Origin: a virus
Direction: 5' to 3' (one strand)
Length of the DNA: 64,000 nucleotides
Virus record (IMG/VR): IMGVR_UViG_3300020048_000073
Coordinates: 1-64,000 of that record
Of the stretch, positions 36,301 through 48,300 are shown piece by piece. The position numbers were made by a program, and so were the translations under genes. The notes beneath the pieces were generated by a model, which had not been told where the DNA came from, did not search any database, and saw nothing but the letters and a program-made list of their open reading frames with translations. Each line of letters starts with the position of its first letter. The first letter of the stretch is position 1.

Positions 36301-39300
36301 ACTATTGATTCTGGGGTCGCTGAAATAGATGATATCATCGAAGCAGCAGTGTTGTCTAGTCAAATTAGTACACAAGGATTTTATCAAGTACCTATTAATT
36401 TAAGCAATAATCCATTGAATGCCAATAGTGCCGAATTTACCTTGGGCACCGTGCGCACTCACTATCAAACTATTTGCGAAAACTTAATTGATCTGCAAGG
36501 GCCAGTTGACGGTGCCAACAATACTCGTGATCTTGGAAATATTTTACCTTACGGGTTAACAATTTTACAACAAAGTAGTCCTGTAACATTGGCCGGCTAC
36601 TTTATGCGTGAAGAACAGTATGATATTTTTAACGCATTAGACTACAACGGTCGAGAGTATATTAAATTCAAAGATAAATTGTTAGACAATGTTGTTACTA
36701 ATGACTACACTAACTTGACAATACCCGAAGTAGTTGATGCTGCTATTGCTGATATTAATCGCGGTAAAACTGACACATATCCGTTCTATTGGAGTGACAT
36801 GTTACCTGCCAGTGGCAGCTACACTACTACAACAATAGAAGTTACTCCTATTACAGGCGACACATTTACTACTGTTCAAACATACAACTTTAGCAGTGCT
36901 AACTTTTTGGGATTGTTGGTGTATCTTAACGGTGAACAATTAAATATTGGTCAACAATACACAGTGGCAACTGACGGTCCACGATTGACAATCTTAGTTC
37001 CCTTGACCGTAGGCGATATCCTTACTATTAACGAATACAATAATACCGCTGGTAATTTTGTGCCTAATACACCTAGTAAAATGGGCCTTTACCCAGCGTA
37101 TGCGCCTGAGCTTTACTATGACACTACTTACGCAGAACCTACTTTTGTTGTGTTGGGGCATGACGGTAGTAAGACTATTGCCTTCCCCGACTATAGAACA
37201 CAAGTATTGTTAGAATTTGAAAAACGAATTTACAACAACATTAAAATGCAGGGTAATCCTGTACCACTGTTTACTGAATCTGTTGTACCTGGATTCTTTA
37301 GTCCAATCAGCTATGTAGACAGTGTGGGCGTACTACCACCAGGGCTTGTAAATGTGTTACCTGGATATTTCCGAGGAATAGATTATTCCAGCCCTGAAGT
37401 CACTGCCATTCTAAGTAAAAGTTTTCTGTCATGGGTGGGTTGGAACAAATTAGACTACAAAACACAGGACTATATAGCACAAAATGCTTTCTCTTGGAAT
37501 TACAGTCAATCCGGAAACAAAATTACCAATGAACCACTACAAGGTGCTTGGCGCGGTATCTATCGTTATTTTTATGACACTGATACTCCTAATTTAACTC
37601 CATGGGAAATGTTGGGCTTTACAGTTGAACCAAGTTGGTGGTCTTTACGTTACGGCCCAGCACCTTACACAGCAGGTAACTTAGTCTTGTGGGACGATTT
37701 AGAAAACGGTATTGTTGCCGATCCTGCTGGTCCTTACATTTTACCTGAATATGTTCGTCCTGGACTTGATAAAGTAATCCCTGTAGATGAACAGGGTGAG
37801 TTATTATCACCTTTTGAATCAGTAGTAGGTAACTATGATGAAAATTCATTCCGAAGAAGCTGGCAAGTAGGTGATGGCGGCCCTGTAGAAGCATCGTGGA
37901 TTTACAGCAGTTCATATCCGTTTGCCTACATGCGATTGTTGATACTGTCGCGACCAGCAGAATTTTTTGCTTTGTTTGCTGACAGAGATCTATACAAATA
38001 CAGTCAAGAATTTGGACAATACTTGTACAACGGTCGATATCGATTAGACGCCAACGGTGTAGAAGTTTATGGTAACGGAGTAAGCAAAGCATCCTACATC
38101 AACTGGATAGTAGACTACAATAAACAAATAGGACTTAATTCTACTAAAGATTTAACTGAAGCGTTGCAGAATTTAGACGTGCGGTTGTGCTATCGTTTAG
38201 GCGGGTACAGTAGCAAAGATTATTTGTCTTTCTTTTGTGAACGCAGCAGCCCCAACAGCTCCAATACCAGCCTATTGATTCCTGATGTCAGCTACAATTT
38301 GTCATTGTACAAAAATGTTCCATTCTCAAATATTGAATACAGTGCGTGTATTGTTGAAGTAGTGGAGGGTGGCTATCAAATTTTTGGATACAGTAATAGT
38401 TTGCCTTACTTTACTATTCAAGTAAGCAATCCCAACGGATTTCAACAAACTATTGAAGCCGGTGGAAAAGTGGTTCAAGTCCCTGCCACCTACACACAAC
38501 AAGTGGCACAAATACCTTACGGTACAACATTTACAAATGATGCGGCAGTGGTAGATTTCTTACTAGGTTACGGAAAATACTTAGAAGACAACGGCATTAT
38601 CTACGAAACGCAGGAAAACGGTTACACAATGAACTGGCGACAAATGGCCGCTGAGTTTGTTTACTTTGCGCAACAAGGTTGGTCGCCTGGTACTATGATT
38701 AACTTAAATCCCAGTGCAATCACACTGGCTGCGGTAAAAGCCGGTGCTGTTGTTGACACAATAGATAGTATTAGTCCTGAAAACATGGTGTTGGATCAGA
38801 ATCGTGCTGTGTTACCTACTAAAGATTTAATTATAGAACGTTATGGTAATGAATTTACTATTAATTCACCTACCAACCAAACTATTTCATATGCCAATCT
38901 CAAGTTTACATCTTATGAGCAAATAGTTGTATTTGATAATGCAGATACATTTGGCGATTTAATTTATGATCCAGTTACAGGTGCCAGACAAAACCGTCTT
39001 AAGGTTGTGGGTTCAATTACGTCCGAGTGGGATGGCACCTTTGACACTCGTGGATTTATTTTAAATGAAAACAATATTCAAGAGTGGCAACCAAATCGTA
39101 AATATACTAAAGGTGAGATTGTGCTGTACAAAAACACCTATTGGTCAGCTCAGACTATTGTTCAACCCAAAGAATTATTTGATTTTAATGACTGGGTAAA
39201 GAGCGATTACACTAGGATTCAACAAGGCTTGTTGCCCAACATAGCAACTAAAGCAGATGAATTAACAGATGTGTATGATGTTCGAACTGTAAATTTACAA

Positions 39301-42300
39301 AGTGATGCCAATTTATTTGCTTATGGACTAATTGGGTTTAGACCTCGTGAGTACATGGCAGCACTTAATTTAGATGACTCTACACAGGTACAGGTGTATC
39401 AACAATTTTTAAAGTCTAAAGGCACAAGATTATCCACAGACATTTTTACTCGAGCACAGTTTGGCCGATTGTCAGGCGAATACACTATCTACGAAAACTG
39501 GGCAACATTAGCTGGCGTTTATGGTGCACAGGCCAATAAATCGTTTATTGAATTGCGATTAAATGAAGCATTACTGCGCAGTGATCCATCTACAATTCAA
39601 ATACTGCAACCGCCCAACTCCGGCATTGCTAACCAAACAATCTTTTTACAAGATGTGTGGCGAGAAAGTTACAAACTTACCAGTCCAAACGTATTCAAAA
39701 CTTTTTACCCGCAAGTCAATGACTCTACCCTGCCCACAGCCGGATATGTAAATTTTGACGACGCAGACATTACTGTGTTTAATATCAATGACCCCAAGTC
39801 AATAGAAGCAAATATTGAAATAGTGGGCACTGGCACTACCATTTGGATAGCTAAAACTAATAGTTACGACTGGGGCATTTTTAGATGTGAGGTTGAAGGT
39901 GCAAGAATTACACAAATATCTGACAATTTAAACAGAACATCGTTGGCTACATTTGATCAACCACACGATTTAGCTGTGGGTGATTTAATTATTATTCGTT
40001 ATTTTAATGAAGCTGTTAACGGTGTGTACCGTGTGTTAAGTGTGCCTGCTATTAACTCTATTACTATTGCCTACACGTTTACTCCTTCAGATCAAACAAC
40101 AATTTTTGGTACTGGCTTAGTATTTTATCTACAGTCAATGCGTGTTAGTCAAGCCAGCAACATAGCAGATTTGCCCTATGCTGATAGCTTTTTACCTGGC
40201 GCCAAAGTTTATGTTGACAACGACGGTTTTGGTCATTGGGTAGTGTTAGAAAAAACAGATTCATTTAGCACATCGGAAGTTATTTACAGTACAGGCATTG
40301 ATCCTTCGTTTAATGTGCGTTATGGCGCTAGTGTGTCACAATCGTACGACCAAGTGTCGGCATTGGTTGGGGTTCCAGGATTGGATACTGACCAAGGAAT
40401 AGTTGTAGCTTATCGCAGAAATAACAATAACAACTATGTTTTTACTGCTCCGTTAAAATTAGACACAATTGGTACTCGAGGATTTGGGCAGAGTAGTTGT
40501 TACGGTGACAGTAACTGGTCAGTCATTGGTGCTCCAAGAAGTTTAAATAATTTGGGTTATGCCGCAATATTATTTCAAAGTACTGGCATTGGCGATTACA
40601 GATTTACCCAACTGTTATTGCCTCCTGATTATTTGATTAATCCTGTTCAGTCTTTTGGTGAATATGTGTGGATGACTGATGATGATCGTTGGTGTTACGT
40701 AGGTGCTCCTGCGGCCAACAAAGTTTACGCATACGGCCTACAAAATGTTCAAGTACAAACTGTTTCGTACACTGGTGATGGCACAACTGATACATTTAAA
40801 TATTCTGATAATATTATCATTGACAATACTAAACCCACACAATTATTTGTTAACGTAAATGGAGCCGAACAAATAGCTGGCGTAGATTACACTATTGTTT
40901 CTGTAGGATCAGGATTTGGTGTAGAATTTGTCACAGTACCGCCTGATAATGCTATTATTGGAATATCACGTCGCGAATATCGTCTTTATGGTAGTGAAAG
41001 TTACAATAACGTGCCCAGCACTGCCGTAACTGGGTCTGGCACTGGTGCTACTTTTATTATTACCAACCTTCGAGGTCAATATTCAGTATCCATTGATAAC
41101 ATTGGAACAAATTACGCTATTGGTGACACCCTTACAATTTTAGGAACTGCCGTGGGTGGAACAACACCTGCTAATAATATTACTGTTACTGTAACTGCTG
41201 TGTCATTTACCGGAATCACTGAATTTACATTTGCCGGTACTGGAAATTTTAACACTATTGTAAATGTTGGTGATTATTTCTACACAGCCACAAGTATTGA
41301 AACATTTAATCTCAAAATAAACAACGTATTACAGAGACCTGAAATAGACTACACTTACAACGTTGGTACTGGCCTTATTGTATTTGCTGTAATCCCAGCT
41401 ATTGGCGCAGAAATTGTTGTTAATGCTGGCTCTTACTGGAAATACGCAGGTGAAATAACCCCAGCTGGCATACCAGTTGACGCTGAATTTGGTGCCAGCG
41501 TTTCGGCAACTTCCACAGGCGATCAAGTGGGCATTGGTGCCCCACGTGACGACGGAGCTCAATTAAATTCAGGTGCAGTTTATGTTTACGGAAAAAGCAG
41601 TTACACATATATTGTATCTGATCCCACACAATTGGCCTATGCTATTCCTGGTAATGTTATTAACGGACCTGTAGCAGTTACTCTCAATAATAACTATTTA
41701 CAAAATTCATATCAGTCTATCAATGGTCAATTCACTGTGCCTGTCGGTAACACACAAATTGAGTTGACTACAACCGCGTACGGTAATGCCAACATAGTCA
41801 GCGCAACAGGCACATCTGTAACGTATTCTTTTAATGGGCCAGCTTCCCCTTCGTTTATTGCTGGACAAACTGTAACTGTAACTGACATTAGCCCTGTTAA
41901 CTACAACGGCACTTTTGTAATTTCTTCTGTATCAGGCAACACGATTACCGTTTCGTCTACTGTAATGGCCGGTAATGTTATTACTCTAGGTAATATTGTT
42001 CAGTACCAAGCCCAGGTTGGTGATGAAATTACCATTGAAAATAATCAGTTTCAGTTAATACAAAGAATTTTAAGTCATTCCGCAATAGATGAGGAAGATT
42101 TTGGTCGTGCTGTGGAAATTTGTAGTAATGATTGTTCGATTGTAATAGGTGCTCCCAACGACAGCACACAGTTAACACAATCGGGCTCTGTTGATAGAAA
42201 TGTTTCGCAACCAGCAATTTATGGAACAATAACCACTACTATTGCTAATCCTGTTCTGTCAGCTGGTGACACTATCAAGATTAACAACATATTAGTAGCA

Positions 42301-45300
42301 GTCCCTGTAGCTAATACTACTGTGGCTGGATTAATTTCTGCTATTAATGCGTCAGGCATACCCAACGTTATTGCCACCCCAACCCCTGATGCTACATTTA
42401 TTGGTAACAATTCAACACAAATATTTGGAATTGGGCCAATTTACACGGCTGCGGCTTCCTACACAACTGTGGTTTATGTTAATAATGTGCTGTTAACAGA
42501 AAATATAGATTACACATACAACGCTACGACCGAAGAAATTATCTTTGTTACACCACCAGCTAATAGAGCTGTAATTGTTGTGGTGTCCGGAAGAATGACA
42601 CTCAGCGTTAAAAACGTTGAAGCATCCAAATTGTACAGCATGCTTAGTGTACTGCCTGGCGTGACCAGCACTGTGTTCAATGCTTTGGGAGTGACTCCAT
42701 ATGCGTGGACACAAACAATTTATCCGCCTGAACCAACATACTTTGGCAAATTTGGATCATCGTTGGCATTATCTTTAGATGCTGAATTATTATTAGTGGG
42801 TTCACCAAACGGAAATATTTATCAAGCAACAACATTTGACAACGGACAAACATTTTTTGATGATCGAGCCACTACGTTCTTTAATCCTATATTTAATTCC
42901 GGAGTTGTGTACAGTTATGATTATCTATTAAGTGCCAGTGACACAGTCGAAACACCTGGCAAATTTATCTTTGGCCAACAAATTTACAATACGGTTGAAC
43001 AGCCAAACGATCAATTTGGGTCTGCGTTAAGTTATGTTGATGGAAAACTATTAGTAGGCGCACCCAACGGCAACAACGGAGCCAACGGATATGTGGCTAC
43101 CTTTAATAATCCTCGTGATATTCCAGCATGGCAAGTTGTTTATGCTCAACAACCAGTGGTAGATACAAAATTAATTAACAATGCTTATTTGTTTAATAGA
43201 CTATTGAGCCAAGAACAGGATTATTTAGATTTCTTTGATCCGCTTCAAGGTAAAATTTTATCTGTAGCACAAAGAAATATTGATTATGTGGGAGCAGTTG
43301 ACCCAGCTACTTACAATGTTGGACCAGTACGTAATAACGGTACAATGTGGGCCAACGAACGAGTAGGAGAAATTTGGTGGGATACAGATTCAGTTAGATT
43401 TATCGACCCCAACCAGGATAACATCATTTATCAAAGTAGACGTTGGGGCCAAGTGTTCCCTGGATCAAGAATAGACATTTACCAGTGGACGTCAAGCCCA
43501 GTGCCACCCTCAGAGTACACGGGTGAAGGTACACCCCTGTCTATCGAAAGCTACACGGTTAAAAGTTTTCTAACTGCTGATAATATTTTTGACACTGCAT
43601 ATTTCTTCTGGGTACGCGGTATCACCAGTGTAGCAACCGGCGCTGGCAAAAATTTAAGTACTACTGCCATTGCGTCTTACATTGAAAGTCCTCGTTCCAG
43701 CGGCATACCCTACCTAGCATTTTTAAATGCCAGCACCGTGGCAATATACAACAGCGGATCTTTATTATCAGCGTTCGACACAATTCTTCATATTAACTAT
43801 GACAGAAATTTCAACGACGATAACATACATTTACAGTATGATTTAGTTCCTGAAGGCAAACCTGATGGATTTTTGACACCAAAACTTTATTTAAAACTAA
43901 TTGATAGTTTTAGTGGTATTGACAGTAACGGCAACAATGTTCCTGATCCTACATTAAGTCCAGCTGAACGCTATGGTGTACAGTTCCGCCCAAGACAAAG
44001 CATGTTTTCTAACAGATTTGCGGCGTTAGAAAATTATCTGGGTTATGTAAATAATGTTTTATTAAAATTCCCTATTCGTGAAACACGTAGTTTTAATTTG
44101 TTAAACAGTAGTCAACCTATTCCTAGTGTTGCAAGCGGACAATGGAATCTACAAGTGCCGACTATCGAAGTCCTGTCGTATCAGGACATTTATGCCGTAC
44201 CTTTGGGTTACAAATATTTGGTAACATCAGATTCAACCTTTCAAGGCAAGTGGACAATTTATGAAGTCAAATTAATAAGCAGTACCAGCGCAATTCGAGA
44301 ACTGTCACTGACAACAATAGAAAATTTTAACACAAAATTGTTTTGGAGTTACGTCGATTGGTATGAACCCGGATACAATTCTTCAGTGCAAATTGTGATA
44401 GAAGTGCCTAACAAAACAGCATTAGATGGCCTGACACTAAGTCAGTACCCAATAGGAACCAGTGCCAAAATAACCGCTAACGGCCAAGGATTGTTTGAAA
44501 TTTATTTAAGAACTGATCTAGGCTGGAGACGGGTAGGTTTAGAGAGCGGGACCATTCAATTTTCTGAAACATTATGGAATTATGCCCTTGGCAAATTTGG
44601 CTATGATGCCGACGTATTTGATAATCAAGGGTTTGATCAGGAACCTGTAATTGAAACTAGAAGAATTATTGAAGCTATTAATCAAGAATTGTTAATAGAT
44701 GAATTATTAATAGATCGCAACTCAGCTCTGGTGCTTATGTTTAGTTTTGTCTACAGTGAATTTGTAGCTCCAGACTGGTTGTTTAAAACTAGTTTAATTG
44801 ATGTAAATCATAAAATAAGCACGCTAGACCAGACTCAAATTTATCAACAAAATAATCAAGAATTTGTATTGGATTACATACAAGAAGTCAAACCATATCA
44901 CGTGCAGATTCGTGAATTTAACCTCGGTTATTCTACTACAGACTTGAATGCTTTGAGTGTAACAGATTTTGATGTGCCGGCCTATTATGACAACTCACTT
45001 GATGTGCCTCAGTATGTCAGTCCGGTGCTGTTGCCATACGAGCATGCCAACACCACAGTAAGATCAACGGTCAGTGATCGTGATTTTAACGCACAGATAT
45101 GGAAAGAAGAACCTTGGAATCAATGGTTTAATAATTTTGGTTTAGAAATAGACAGCATTACTATCGTCAACGGCGGCGCCGGCTACACAGAAATACCAGA
45201 CATTGTTGTAGCAACGTCAAGCGGAGTATTGGAAGATGCTATTATTGTGCCTACCCTCAATAATTTGGGTACAATTACCAGCGTGGCCATTATTAATCCA

Positions 45301-48300
45301 GGTCAATATTATGGCGAAATTTCTTTGATTGTATCTGGGGCCAATGCGGTGCCTGCCAATTTACAACCCACATTGAGTCCTGGTCCAGTACGTGATTTCA
45401 TTATCAATATCAAATACGACCGATATCAGTATGAGTCTAATATTGTGTCTTGGACTGCCAACGTTACATATCCATTCGGCACACAAGTTCGATTTGCCAA
45501 CACAGTATTTTCAGCAAACGTAGAGCCCAGTGTGACCAGCAGTGATTTTAACCCGTTCCAGTGGACATTAGTTCAAGCCAACGCACTAAGCGGTGTTGAT
45601 AGAACCATGGGTTATTATGTGGCTGGAAACAACATGCCAGGCCTAAGCCTGCCGTTATTGATTACCGGAGTTGAATACCCTGGCGTGCAAGTTTACGGTG
45701 ATGGCTATGTCTACGGCAACGTGACATTGGACGCAATTTATGAAAGCAACTATTTAGATACATATCTGGGCACACGCCCATTTGATGTTAATGTAAATGG
45801 TGGTGCCTACATTGGCACCTACAGCAGCCATGCTCCTGAGGAACTTGTTCCAGGTGCAGAATTTGACACAATGGATTTGAAAGTGTACACGTCAGGTGGA
45901 TTTGATCAAGAAAACGACGGACATGGATTTCCATTGTTTAGTAAATCCTACACAGTTGAAGATTGGACGGTCAACACCCTTGATTTTGCTGGCTTGGTTG
46001 CGAATCCCACAACAATAGTAGTTACTAATCAGTCTGCTGGAGTAGTTTATGTTGAAAATATTCAATATGCTGTAAATTGGGCAACACAAACTGTGTCTTT
46101 ACTAACTCCAGTAAGTTCCGGTACGGTCATTAACATTACTGTCTATGAGTTGGGTGGCGGGAACCAGTTATTTGTTACAACTGCTACCACCGGCAACGTA
46201 GACACCGTTACAATTAAGTTACCTATATCTAATTCGATAGTGACAGAATATGTGCCGTTTGTCAATGGACAATATTCCAATAGTTTTGTTGTGTCAAACA
46301 CAACGTCACAAACTACTGATCTTACATTTACGTTTGGCAATACTGCTAATAGGTTAATTACCACAGTTGCACTGGGTGCTGGCAATGCCGTGCCTAACTA
46401 CAGTTGGTCTAATCCAGTACCGCAAATTATTACTGTAACGGACCCATCTGTATCATCTTACACATTAACCAATAACATAGATTATTTAAATCCTGTTACT
46501 TGTGTCGTTAATCGTAACGGCGAAAGATTGCGCACAGCTGCAGGTGTAGAATATGCCAATATTCAAAGTTCAACTCAATTAGTTTATGCTTTGCCACGTA
46601 GATTAAGTGACGAACCCAGTGATTTTGCGGTTAGTGCGTACACAGTAACAGGTACAGGTCCTTTCCTAGTTGAATTTAATGTAGGTTTAGTACAAGATAT
46701 TTCTTCAGCTGGATCTGAGGTAGACGTAAGAAGCGACAGCAATCCGTTATTAGAAACAGGCACTACTCCGTTACCTGTAGTATCAAACACTTCAACTACA
46801 ATTACAGTAGAGTATCCTATTGATCCAGGCAACACCACTGTGGGCAACACCACTGTCACTACTGTGTCTTACAGCAACACTACGCAAGTTTACATTGACA
46901 ACATTTTACAATCTGCTAATAGTGGAAATTACCAATATTCTACACCTTACTATTCGCCCACAGGTAAAACGCCTATTACAACACAAGGTAATATCACTGT
47001 AAACGGCGCCAATGTAACTTTTGATCTGTCTGCACCTGTAAGTTATCCTGCGTTGGTGCCTAGTGCTTGGGAAGTGTTTGATTTAGAGGGTAATAATTCC
47101 AGTTTAAACGGCACATACCTTTGTGTGGCAGCAAACGCCACGTCTATTACATTAGAATATCCTTCAGCACCAGGTAACATTGTAGACCCAGGCAACACTA
47201 TTTTGTCCAGCACGCGAGTAATACAATTTGCCAATACTACACCAGACTTAGGCAGTGATTTGTATGTAGCGACTAATCTAAATGTTGATGCTTTTGTGGC
47301 CAATGGAAATATTGTAATTAATACTGCGCAAATAGGAAATTTAGTCACTGGTGATGTGCTTGAGGTTATCACTTGGAACGATACTCGAGAACAAAATTTG
47401 TTGAATCAAGTTTGGGTTGGGCCCACTCAATCTGTATTCACAGTGTCACAGGGATACGATACGACACCTTACGACACCGGCACTGTAGATTTTGCACCAG
47501 GCTCGTTTGATTATGGATTTACTTTAGATGTTCCTAGAAATAATTTCATATTACAGCGCCCTGCCCCTAATTTAAGCAGATTGTGGGTGACATTAAATGG
47601 GGAACGATTATTCCCCGGAACCGGATTTACTGTTCGGGGAACCGAGCTTGTGTTGGCAGTAGGCACCGTTAATTCAGGTGACGTGGTAATGGCACTGGAA
47701 GTTTCTAATGATGTAGTAATTACCCCATATGTCTATAGAATATTCCAAGACATGAGAGGTCTACAATTAAATTACAAAATTACTACACAAACAACCACTG
47801 AGTTGACTGAGCCTTTATTGGCACCAGATGATCAAAACTACAACGATACAATTTATGTTGCTGATATTGATGCGTTGTCTGAACCTGATTTAGATAATAA
47901 TACTTGGGGAGTATTGAGTATTAACGGTGAGCGAATTATGTATCGTGTGCGTGATGTATCAACAAGTTCAGTAAGCAGTTTGCTTCGTGGCACTTCAGGA
48001 ACTGCCGCCGCTGCTCATGAAGTAGACGCAGTGGTTACTAATTTTGGATTGATTAACCTATTACCGGCACAATATCAAAATTATGTAAATGTGTATTCTG
48101 AAATAGCCAACGGAACTGACACCGTCTTTACTGCTCCAGATATTACGGCACCGTTTGGATCAGCCCCTACTGTTAGTTCAGTGGCTGCTACGGTGTTTGA
48201 GTTGTCACAGGCAGTTCAAGTAACAGTGGGTGGCGCGACCCCTGCTCAACGGTTTAATGGTGACGGATCAGCAAATCAGTTTACTCTTGACATTACAGTG

